Position numbers and translations under genes: made by a program. This document shows, piece by piece, positions 53,636-61,720 of a stretch of DNA of 64,000 nt (within the stretch, counting starts at the first letter, position 1; every line of letters starts with the position of its first letter). The notes under the pieces are model-generated. The model was given only the letters and a program-made list of their open reading frames with translations. It searched no databases and was not told where the DNA came from. The stretch covers positions 664 to 64,663 of the forward strand of contig CAWJFA010000017.1 of NCBI GenBank assembly GCA_963842075.1, read 5' to 3'. The DNA is from an uncultured Acidobacteriota bacterium (GTDB lineage Bacteria; Acidobacteriota; Terriglobia; Terriglobales; Acidobacteriaceae).

Positions 53636-53689
53636 ACCTGAGCTCCCCTGGAAAAAGCTAGGAATTGCCGAACCGGCTCACAAGACAGT

Positions 53690-53714
53690 ACGCGGATGTG
53701 GTCCTGTAAGTTCG
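53690..53714 (-). promoter_or_regulatory. candidate ECF-type promoter (GAACTT-N15-CGTA)
   Basis: The minus strand reads GAACTT (53714-53709), 15 nt, CGTA (53693-53690), about 55 nt upstream of the sigma gene start. Resembles GAAC...CGT(A/C) ECF promoters. Confidence 0.25.
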
Positions 53715-53827
53715 AGGCGGCAAGGGTTGATCGACAAGTTGCGCGAAACAGGGAATTGTAGCAGCGGGGGAAAATGAGTCGGTGACCCTGGGCTCGAGGA
53801 ACGAATCAGAGGTCGGGGACCGTGGTG

Positions 53828-53862
53828 CCCACTCGTCGAAAAGCGCGACGAGTGGGGCAGCC
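53828..53862 (+). repeat. family-2 hairpin
   Basis: CCCACTCGTCGAAAAGCGCGACGAGTGGGGCAGCC. Confidence 0.85.
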
Positions 53863-53958
53863 TGTTTCGTGGTGGCGCTGGGAAGAAGAGTTTAGCAGCG
53901 GGTGCGCCAGCCCGCCTATTGGTCGAACCCTGTCCATCTGGAATTTCTGGAAGATTCC

Positions 53959-55083
53959 CTACGCGGTGACCATCTTTGCAGACCAACTCTTCACGAACTC
54001 ATCCATGCGGTCGAGTGCTTGGGCAAAGTTGTCAGCTGAGGCGGCAAAGCCCAGGCGGAAATGCGAGGGCATGTCGAAACAATCTCCCGGCGCCAAGAGA
54101 ATTCCGCGCTCGGTTGCGGCCTGGCAGAAGGGGCGCGTGTCCTCGCCGTTTAAAAACCAAGGGAAGGCCGTCATTCCGCCTTGCGGGCGGACCCAGCCGA
54201 GAAGGCCGCGGTGCGAAGCCATGAAGCGATCCAGTTGCTGCAGATTCTGGCTGGCAGTTTCCTGCGTCTTGCCGAGAACGGTGGAGTGGTTGCGGACCGC
54301 GATCTCGGCGAGGATTTCTCCGGGAGAGCTATTGCAGGCGGTGAAATAGGAGCGAGCGGTCAAGTATTGCTCGCGCCGCCTGGAGTCGCGCTCGATGATC
54401 CAACCAATGCGGGTTCCGGCGAGCGGGAAAGCTTTTGATAGATCGTTGATCACGGTGGCATGGGGGAGGCGCGCGGCGGACTTCATTTCGTGCCCGTGAT
54501 AGATCGGGTGGAAGACTTCGTCGCTAACCAGTTGGATGCCGTGCTGGGAGGTGAACTCGTGCAGAGCCTCCAGCTCGGAGTCGCTGATGGTGGCGCCGGT
54601 CGGGTTATGCGGGCTGTTTACCAGGATCAGCTTGGTCTTCGAATCGGCGAGACGCTTGATCTCGTCCACATCAATGCGGAAGCTGTTCTCCTGACGCAGG
54701 CGGTAGTAGCGCAGCTCGAGGCCGAGCGACTCGGGAAGCGCCGAGAAGTTCGCCAGGCTGGGCAGCGGGACGATGACGTTGGCTCCGGGCTCGGCGGCAA
54801 GCCACATGAGCACGAGGAGGGCTTCGGAGGCGCCGGTGAGCACCAGCACGTAGTCGGCGCTGACGCCCTGCATCCGGGCAATGGCCTCGCGCAAAGTGCC
54901 GGCGCCGGCGGGACGGCCGAACCCTACTTTGTGATTCAGGTAACGCTGGCGAGACTCTTCGCCGCCCAGATCGAGTAGTTCGTTGGCAGTCCAACTGGGG
55001 CCGGTGCTCGCGGCAAGATTGAATTCGATGCCGTGTTCGTAAGTATCCATCCAGGCGTCGAGGAGAAAAGGTTTCAAGCGCAT
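53959..55083 (-). CDS. pyridoxal-phosphate-dependent aminotransferase (class I/II)
   Basis: 374 aa. LVNSPHNPTG, SKAF (Schiff-base Lys region DLSKAFPLAGTRIGW), CFDMPSHFRLG. Confidence 0.88.
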   Translation of the reverse strand: MRLKPFLLDAWMDTYEHGIEFNLAASTGPSWTANELLDLGGEESRQRYLNHKVGFGRPAGAGTLREAIARMQGVSADYVLVLTGASEALLVLMWLAAEPGANVIVPLPSLANFSALPESLGLELRYYRLRQENSFRIDVDEIKRLADSKTKLILVNSPHNPTGATISDSELEALHEFTSQHGIQLVSDEVFHPIYHGHEMKSAARLPHATVINDLSKAFPLAGTRIGWIIERDSRRREQYLTARSYFTACNSSPGEILAEIAVRNHSTVLGKTQETASQNLQQLDRFMASHRGLLGWVRPQGGMTAFPWFLNGEDTRPFCQAATERGILLAPGDCFDMPSHFRLGFAASADNFAQALDRMDEFVKSWSAKMVTA

Positions 55084-55275
55084 GAAGTCATCTCAGGGCA
55101 GATCGATTACAGGTGAAGATCTGCCAGATCTGCGTATGGCTCGATTCTAGCCCAGGAATGGGGCGTGGGGGCTGGAGTTCCCTGCGAGTCGTTTGTCAGT
55201 GTAGTCTTCCCAACCGCGCAGGAGTGCGCACACGCGATCCGCGGGTTTTTTTCTTTGCTCGTTGTCTTTACTCGT

Positions 55276-56526
55276 TTACTCGCTGGTGAAGTAATCCACA
55301 GTTACGGGATTTTCGAAGAGAGAGTAGTCGCGGGTGACAACGGTGATGCCGCTATCGGTGACGAAGTAGCGGGAGCGGTCGGCTTCGGTGTCATAGCCGA
55401 TGGTGGTGCCTTCCGGGAGATGGACATTGCGGTCGATGATGCAGCGGCGGATGCGGCAATGGCGGCCGACGGCGACGTGTGAGAACAGGATGGAAGAGTC
55501 GACTTCGGAATAGGAGTTCACGCGAACGTCGGGCGAGAGGATGGAGTTTTTTACGATGCCGCCGGAGACGATGCAGCCGTTGGAGACGATGGAATCGAGA
55601 GCAGTACCCATGCGATCTTTTTCGGCGAAGACAAATTTCGCGGGCGGATACTGGCGCTGGTGAGTGCGGATGGGCCAGTCGTGGTCATAGAGATTGAAGA
55701 TGGGCGAAACCGAAACGATGTCCATGTTGGCTTCGTAGTAGGCTTCGAGCGTGCCTACATCGCGCCAGTAGAGCGCCTCTTTTTTGTTTTCGTCGATGAA
55801 GTCATAGGCGAAGACGCGATAGTCGTCGACCATCTTGGGCAGAATGTCTTTGCCGAAATCGTGGCTGGAGTTGGCGTCTTCGGCGTCCTTGAGCAGGACG
55901 GGGATGAGGACATCGGCGTTGAAGAGGTAGACGCCCATCGAGCCGGCTACTTTCTCGGGGTTCCAGGGAGAGCGCAGTTTGGTCTGCGTGGGCTTTTCTT
56001 CGAAGCCGTTGATGCGGCCGTCTTTGTCGACGTCGACCACGCCGAAGCGTGAAGTCTCTTCGAGATCGATCTGGATAGTGGCCAGGGTGATGTCGGCAGC
56101 GGAATCGCTGTGCTGCTTCATCATCTTGCCGTAATCCATTTTGTAGATGTGGTCGCCGGAAAGGATGAGGACGTGTTTGGGCTGCTCGGAGCCGATGGAA
56201 TAAATGTTCTGATAAACGGCATCGGCGGTGCCTTGGTACCACTGGTCGCTGACGCGCTTCATGGGGGGAAGGACTTCGACGAACTCGCCGACTTCGCGAC
56301 CCAGAATGTTCCAACCTTCGCGGATGTGACGGTTCAGCGAGAGCGCTTTGTATTGGGTGAGGATGTAGACGCGCCGCAGGTCAGAGTTGAGGCAGTTGGA
56401 TAGAGTGATGTCGATGATGCGATACATGCCGCCGAAGGTGACGGCAGGCTTGGCGCGGTCGCGAGTAAGAGGATAGAGGCGCTCGCCAGCGCCGCCAGCG
56501 AGAAGGACTCCGAGAGTGTCTTTCAT
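55276..56526 (-). CDS. glgC: glucose-1-phosphate adenylyltransferase
   Basis: LGVLLAGGAGERLYPLTRDRAKPAVTFGGMYRIIDITLSNCLNS, WYQGTADAV, C-terminal left-handed beta-helix. Confidence 0.95.
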   Translation of the reverse strand: MKDTLGVLLAGGAGERLYPLTRDRAKPAVTFGGMYRIIDITLSNCLNSDLRRVYILTQYKALSLNRHIREGWNILGREVGEFVEVLPPMKRVSDQWYQGTADAVYQNIYSIGSEQPKHVLILSGDHIYKMDYGKMMKQHSDSAADITLATIQIDLEETSRFGVVDVDKDGRINGFEEKPTQTKLRSPWNPEKVAGSMGVYLFNADVLIPVLLKDAEDANSSHDFGKDILPKMVDDYRVFAYDFIDENKKEALYWRDVGTLEAYYEANMDIVSVSPIFNLYDHDWPIRTHQRQYPPAKFVFAEKDRMGTALDSIVSNGCIVSGGIVKNSILSPDVRVNSYSEVDSSILFSHVAVGRHCRIRRCIIDRNVHLPEGTTIGYDTEADRSRYFVTDSGITVVTRDYSLFENPVTVDYFTSE

Positions 56527-56639
56527 GGAAGCAACTTTGAAAAACAGTAGATGTTAGCACAGGAAGGAAGTTGCCGTGTGTGTGAGGGCAGGACAAGTAT
56601 TATCTTAGGGTGAAAGTGGCGGCAGATTTGATGCAGCCT

Positions 56640-57107
56640 TTAATCGATTCTGTGGACGGGCGCCATTTTCGTTGCACGGGAACGATTGGGACGTCGCTTC
56701 CACGCGATGAGGATTAGAAGCAACAGAGGGAAAGCCGGGAACAAACTGGCATAACCGTCACGCAGAATGAGCAGGTGAGCTAGAACGGCACCCGCCATGG
56801 TGAAGGCCAACAGTGCCGCGGCTAGCGCGGACGTTTTGGGAATCAGCAGGAGAATCGCGGAGACGATCTCGAGACTGCCGGTGAAATAGCGGAACCATGT
56901 CCAATTTGGATTTTGTCGAACAATTTTGCCAAACATTTCGATCCAGAAAACTGCATTCGGCCTGCACTTATCGACTCCGGAATACAGGAACAGGATTGCG
57001 AAGAAGATTTGCAGAACCCAGAGGGTGAGATTCGCGATTCGGTCCGCTGCAATGTTCACGGGCGAGGTCTCCGTGGTGTCGCATCTACTGGAGGCTGCTT
57101 GAGACAC
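56640..57107 (-). CDS. DoxX-family membrane protein
   Basis: 155 aa, 4 TM. LQIFFAILFLYSGVDK and SLEIVSAILLLIPKT resemble DoxX. GTG start uncertain. Confidence 0.55.
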   Translation of the reverse strand: MSQAASSRCDTTETSPVNIAADRIANLTLWVLQIFFAILFLYSGVDKCRPNAVFWIEMFGKIVRQNPNWTWFRYFTGSLEIVSAILLLIPKTSALAAALLAFTMAGAVLAHLLILRDGYASLFPAFPLLLLILIAWKRRPNRSRATKMAPVHRID

Positions 57108-57139
57108 TACGACACAAACTCTAAAAAATCGTCTATGTC

Positions 57140-57427
57140 TTACGACTTTTCTTCTTCGATCTTGATGCGGAGAGATTTCAGGAATTTTAAATCCTGATCG
57201 TTGATCTTGAATTCGGGATTGGTGGAGAGAGTAGTGACGAGGGAAGTTTTGTCGGAGGTTTTTTCACCCTGCTTGCTTACGCCGATGGTGGCTTCGAGGA
57301 CCAGGAAGATGTCGTAGCCGCCCTCTTTAATGCGGGAGACGACTTCGGCGATCTGTTCGGAGTCAGACAAAGACTCGTTGATAGCTTCGCCGAGTTCCTT
57401 CATGAGTTGTTTGAGTTGCTGGTCCAC
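57140..57427 (-). CDS. hypothetical protein
   Basis: 95 aa, GTG start. Lower GC than surroundings. No family recognised. Confidence 0.4.
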   Translation of the reverse strand: MDQQLKQLMKELGEAINESLSDSEQIAEVVSRIKEGGYDIFLVLEATIGVSKQGEKTSDKTSLVTTLSTNPEFKINDQDLKFLKSLRIKIEEEKS

Positions 57428-57562
57428 GAGCCCCCCGATCGCCGTTTTTGCTCCGGCTCAAAAACATAACACTGGCCACTTAGATGCCTGCGGCGGCTAA
57501 ACGGTTTCGATCCGGGCGCAGGTTTGCGCCATTGTAGACCCAGAGACTGTTAAAATCGAGCG

Positions 57563-57910
57563 GTGAGTAAGGTTTCTACGGCACAAAAGCTCGGGGTAGT
57601 GGCACGCGTCGCGACCCAGCAGGCTAAGCGCAGCCGAACCGTGCGTGCAATGACGGGCGCCGTGACAACGACGGCCCGAGCTTTCGGGAAAGTGCTGCAC
57701 CAGCTGTGGCTGGAGGTTATGGGGCTGGTTTTCCTGGTGATGGCGGCCAGCGGCGGGGCTGCGGCGGTGCACGAATATGCGAAATATCAGGCTGGGAAGG
57801 CTGGATTTGGGCACGTGGCAGTTGCAATTTGTTTCACAGTGACGTTCGCGTGGTTTGGGGTGAGTTCGTTTTGGAGGATTAGACAAAAAGGGAAGGGCGC
57901 GGCGCGGTGA
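57563..57910 (+). CDS. hypothetical membrane protein
   Basis: 115 aa, GTG start. Two predicted TM helices (VMGLVFLVMAASGGAAAV; VAVAICFTVTFAWFGVSSFW). Confidence 0.4.
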   Translation: MSKVSTAQKLGVVARVATQQAKRSRTVRAMTGAVTTTARAFGKVLHQLWLEVMGLVFLVMAASGGAAAVHEYAKYQAGKAGFGHVAVAICFTVTFAWFGVSSFWRIRQKGKGAAR

Positions 57911-57952
57911 TCGTGGTTTGGGGTCGTGGCGCTGCACGGGACAGCAGGTTCC

Positions 57953-58078
57953 TCTGCGCTGCGCGCTTCGGAATGACAAGAGCTTTGCGCGCTTCGGAAT
58001 GACAGGAGCGCTGCGCGCCTCGGAATGACAGGAGCTTTCGGAGTGACAGGAGCGCTGCGCGCTTTTGAATGACAAAGG
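57953..58078 (+). repeat. tandem array of five 26-bp units (one truncated to 18 bp) related to the 3' half of the main repeat
   Basis: Units end in (G/A)ATGACA at 57978, 58004, 58030, 58048 and 58074 (GCGCTGCGCGCTTCGGAATGACAGGA consensus). Ends 29 nt before ATG 58107. Confidence 0.9.
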
Positions 58079-58106
58079 TTTCGGGGTTCGGAAAAGAGTG
58101 TTGGTC

Positions 58107-59726
58107 ATGGCCGAAGAAGTGAAAGCTGCGAGTCCAACTCTGGTGGCGGAGTTTGAGACGTCATCGCATATCGCGGTGAAGGCGCTTTACACTCCCGCCG
58201 ATCTGAAGGGCTCCGACTACGAAGGCGAGGTTGGGTACCCGGGCGAGTATCCATTTACGCGCGGAGTGCAGGCAACGATGTACCGGGGGCGGTTGTGGAC
58301 CATGCGGCAGTATGCGGGGATGGGCGACGCCGAGGAATCGAACAAGCGCTACAAATATTTATTGGCGAACGGGACGACGGGGCTTTCGGTGGCGTTCGAT
58401 TTGCCGACACAGATCGGAATGGATTCCGACCACGCGCTGGCGGCTGGCGAAGTGGGCAAAGTGGGCGTGGCGATCGACTCGATCGAGGATATGCAGCGGT
58501 TATTCGATGGCATCGAGCTGACCAAGATTTCTACATCGATGACGATCAATGCGACGGGATCGATCCTGCTGGCGCTGTATGTGGCGGTAGCGCGGCGGCA
58601 GGGCGCGGATATCCGGAAACTTTCGGGGACGGTGCAGAACGATGTGCTCAAGGAGTACATTGCGCGGGGGACGTATATCTATCCGCCGCGGCAGGCGATG
58701 CGGGTGATTACGGATATGTTTGCGTGGGCGAAGGAGAACGTACCGGACTGGAACACGATTTCGATCTCGGGCTATCACATGCGGGAGGCGGGATCGACGG
58801 CAGTGCAGGAAGTGGCGTTCACGCTGGGCAATGGCATGGCGTATGTGGAAGCGGCGATTAAAGCTGGGCTGGATGTGGATGAGTTCGCGCCGCAGCTTTC
58901 GTTTTTCTTTAATGCGCACAGCAATTTTCTCGAGGAAGTCGCGAAGTTTCGTGCCGCGCGAAGGATGTGGGCACGGATCATGCGGGAGCATTTCAAGGCG
59001 AAAAATCCGCGATCGTGGATGTTGCGGTTTCATACGCAGACGGCGGGTTCGACGCTGACGGCGCAGCAGCCGGAAAACAATATTGTGCGTACCGCGATTC
59101 AGGCGCTGGCAGCGGTAATGGGCGGGACGCAATCGCTGCACACGAATTCGCATGACGAGGCGCTGGCGCTGCCGACGGAGCAGGCGGCGCGAATTGCTTT
59201 GCGCACGCAGCAAGTAATCGCATATGAGTCGGGCGCACCGCTGACGGTCGATCCGCTGGCGGGATCCTATTATGTTGAGGCGCTGACTAATGAGATCGAG
59301 AAGCGCGCGGCGGAATATCTGGGCAAGATTGAAGTGATGGGCGGGATGCTGAAGGCGATCGAGCGCGGATTCGTGCAGCAGGAAATTCAGAACGCAGCGT
59401 ATGAATATCAACAGGCGGTGGATCGGCAAGAGGCGATTGTGGTTGGAGTAAACCAGTTTGAGGTGGAAGCGGAGAAGCCAATTCCGATTCAGAAAATCGA
59501 TCCGACGCTGGAACCGAAGCAGATCGAGCGGGTGCGGGCGCTGCGGGCGAGGCGCGATGCCGGTCCGTGGAAGAGCGCGGTTGCGGCGGTGGAGGAGGCG
59601 GCGCGATCAGGCCAGAATGTGATGCCGAGGATTGTGGCCGCAGTGGATGCTTACGCGACGGTGGGTGAAATTTCAGACGCGATGCGGCGCGTGTTCGGGG
59701 AATATAAGGAAGCGGTGGTAATTTGA
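58107..59726 (+). CDS. methylmalonyl-CoA mutase family, large (catalytic TIM-barrel) subunit without B12-binding domain
   Basis: [82 protein letters not shown]. About 540 aa, ends before any Rossmann-like B12 domain. Confidence 0.92.
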   Translation: MAEEVKAASPTLVAEFETSSHIAVKALYTPADLKGSDYEGEVGYPGEYPFTRGVQATMYRGRLWTMRQYAGMGDAEESNKRYKYLLANGTTGLSVAFDLPTQIGMDSDHALAAGEVGKVGVAIDSIEDMQRLFDGIELTKISTSMTINATGSILLALYVAVARRQGADIRKLSGTVQNDVLKEYIARGTYIYPPRQAMRVITDMFAWAKENVPDWNTISISGYHMREAGSTAVQEVAFTLGNGMAYVEAAIKAGLDVDEFAPQLSFFFNAHSNFLEEVAKFRAARRMWARIMREHFKAKNPRSWMLRFHTQTAGSTLTAQQPENNIVRTAIQALAAVMGGTQSLHTNSHDEALALPTEQAARIALRTQQVIAYESGAPLTVDPLAGSYYVEALTNEIEKRAAEYLGKIEVMGGMLKAIERGFVQQEIQNAAYEYQQAVDRQEAIVVGVNQFEVEAEKPIPIQKIDPTLEPKQIERVRALRARRDAGPWKSAVAAVEEAARSGQNVMPRIVAAVDAYATVGEISDAMRRVFGEYKEAVVI

Positions 59727-59743
59727 ATTTGTGGCAGCCCCGG

Positions 59744-59926
59744 TTAATCTGAAGTTTTGTAATCGCAGGCGTTGCGGCAAGGTTCGCAGTACATGAGGCC
59801 GTCCTGGCAGAGGCGGATATCGAGTTGGGTTTGACAAAGGCAGCAGAACTTATCGCACTCGCACTGGTCTTCGGGCTTTTCGCATTGGCCGCAATGGTAT
59901 TGGGCGTGGCCGGTTCCGGTGGACAT
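59744..59926 (-). CDS. cysteine-rich small protein (11 Cys in 60 aa; B-box-like C-terminus)
   Basis: MSTGTGHAQYHCGQCEKPEDQCECDKFCCLCQTQLDIRLCQDGLMYCEPCRNACDYKTSD. 10 of 11 Cys codons are TGC, GC3 about 67%, no obvious SD. Confidence 0.45.
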   Translation of the reverse strand: MSTGTGHAQYHCGQCEKPEDQCECDKFCCLCQTQLDIRLCQDGLMYCEPCRNACDYKTSD

Positions 59927-60042
59927 AGCAATAATGTAGCGCTGAGCGGCGCCACAGCAAACGTATCGTTAGTAACCAGTAAGACCTCTGCCGGGCTGCG
60001 CCTGGAGCAGGGCCGTTTCCCCGTACCATATAATTCCACGTA

Positions 60043-61548
60043 ATGACCTTCCAACAGGTGCTGGATGGAGCGGAAGTCCTCTCGCTAAGCGGGGATCCGG
60101 GAGTGAGTAGTGTGGAATACGACTCGCGGCGGGTGAAGCCGGGGTGCGTCTTCATTGCCATGCGGGGTGAATCCAGCGACGGAAACCGGTTCATCGATCA
60201 GGCGATTCATGCAGGAGCGATAGCGGTGGTGACGGATTCTGCGGCGGAGAAGGCGCGTCCGAATGTGGGATGGGCGGTCGTAATGGACGGGCGGCGGGCG
60301 CTGGCGCGAGTGAGTGCGAACTTTTATAAAAAGCCGGCGGAGCGGATTGCGGTTACGGGAATTACGGGAACGAATGGGAAGAGTACGACGGCGTTTTTGG
60401 TGGAAGCGATTTTGAAGGCGGCGGGGAGAAAAAGCGCGCTGATTGGGACGATTGAATATCACGTGGCGGGAAGAGTTTTGCCGGCTCCGCATACCACGCC
60501 GGAGGCGCTGGATCTGAACCGTATTTTCAGCGATGCGCTGGGGCAGGGAGCGACCGAGGCGGTGATGGAGGTTTCCTCGCACGCGCTGGCGCAGGAGCGC
60601 GTGTTTGGCGTGCCATTTGATGTGGCGGTGCTCACAAATCTGACGCGCGACCATCTCGACTATCACAAAACGATGGAAGAGTACTTTGCGGCCAAGCGGG
60701 TGCTGTTTGAGGGATGCGGCACGGATGCGCCGCGAGCGGTTGTGACCAATGTGGATGATGAGGCGGGCGCCAAGATAGCGGAGTTCAGCCGGAAGCGCAG
60801 TTCCGTGGTGCTGAAATATGGATGGGAACGCGGCGATCTGCATGCGGCGAAAGTGGAGATCACAACGCGTGGGACGCGGTTTGATCTGGTGACGCCAGAA
60901 GAAAAAATCGCCGTATTTTCGGCGCTGATCGGGCGCGTGAACGTATACAACATTCTGGCGGCGGCGGGGGCGGCTTACGCGCGCGGCTGTGCGGGGCAGG
61001 CGATTGCCGCGGGGATCGACAAGGTGGCGTGCGTCCCGGGAAGGTTTGAGCGCGTGGATTGCAGCCAGCCATTTACGGTGGTGGTGGACTATGCGCACAC
61101 GGATGACGCGTTGCGCAATCTGACGGCGCTGGCGCGGGAGTTGGTTTCTGGCGCGAAGGGTCGAGTGTTGACGGTGTTTGGATGCGGTGGGGATCGGGAC
61201 CGGAAGAAGCGTCCGTTGATGGGCGAGGCGGCGGGGCGAGGAAGCGATTTTGTGGTGCTGACGTCGGACAATCCGCGCAGCGAGGATCCGCTGGCGATTA
61301 TTAATGACGCTGTGGTGGGGCTGCAGAAGACGGGCGTGAAATACATCGTGGAGGCCGACCGACGCAAGGCAATTGCGCTGGCCATTGGCGAGGCCAGGCC
61401 GGGAGACATTGTTTTGCTGGCGGGTAAGGGGCACGAGAAGGTGCAGGTGACGCGGCAGGGTTCGGCTCCATTTGATGACCTGGAAGTGGCGCGGGAAGCG
61501 CTGCGGGCTGCGGGATTTGAGTGTCAGGCGGCACAGGCCGGGAAGTGA
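60043..61548 (+). CDS. murE: UDP-N-acetylmuramoyl-L-alanyl-D-glutamate--2,6-diaminopimelate ligase
   Basis: VTGITGTNGKSTTAFL, DYAHTDDAL, TSDNPRSEDP (DNPR motif of meso-DAP-adding MurE). Confidence 0.96.
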   Translation: MTFQQVLDGAEVLSLSGDPGVSSVEYDSRRVKPGCVFIAMRGESSDGNRFIDQAIHAGAIAVVTDSAAEKARPNVGWAVVMDGRRALARVSANFYKKPAERIAVTGITGTNGKSTTAFLVEAILKAAGRKSALIGTIEYHVAGRVLPAPHTTPEALDLNRIFSDALGQGATEAVMEVSSHALAQERVFGVPFDVAVLTNLTRDHLDYHKTMEEYFAAKRVLFEGCGTDAPRAVVTNVDDEAGAKIAEFSRKRSSVVLKYGWERGDLHAAKVEITTRGTRFDLVTPEEKIAVFSALIGRVNVYNILAAAGAAYARGCAGQAIAAGIDKVACVPGRFERVDCSQPFTVVVDYAHTDDALRNLTALARELVSGAKGRVLTVFGCGGDRDRKKRPLMGEAAGRGSDFVVLTSDNPRSEDPLAIINDAVVGLQKTGVKYIVEADRRKAIALAIGEARPGDIVLLAGKGHEKVQVTRQGSAPFDDLEVAREALRAAGFECQAAQAGK

Positions 61549-61638
61549 GCCCACGGATTAGCGAGCGGTTATGCCGCAAAGATTAAGGAGTTGTGACAAA
61601 AATTCCTTGCAGGGCCACGGGTGATGCGGAAGTGCAAG

Positions 61639-61700
61639 AGATCGTTCGACTGCCGATTTGCTTGGGTGCTCGCAAAGCAAATTACTCGCTCAGGATGACA
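61639..61700 (+). repeat. family-1 palindromic element, full copy between murE and murF
   Basis: AGATCGTTCGACTGCCGATTTGCTTGGGTGCTCGCAAAGCAAATTACTCGCTCAGGATGACA. Confidence 0.9.
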
Positions 61701-61720
61701 GAAAGTAGGTTTGCTCGCGA

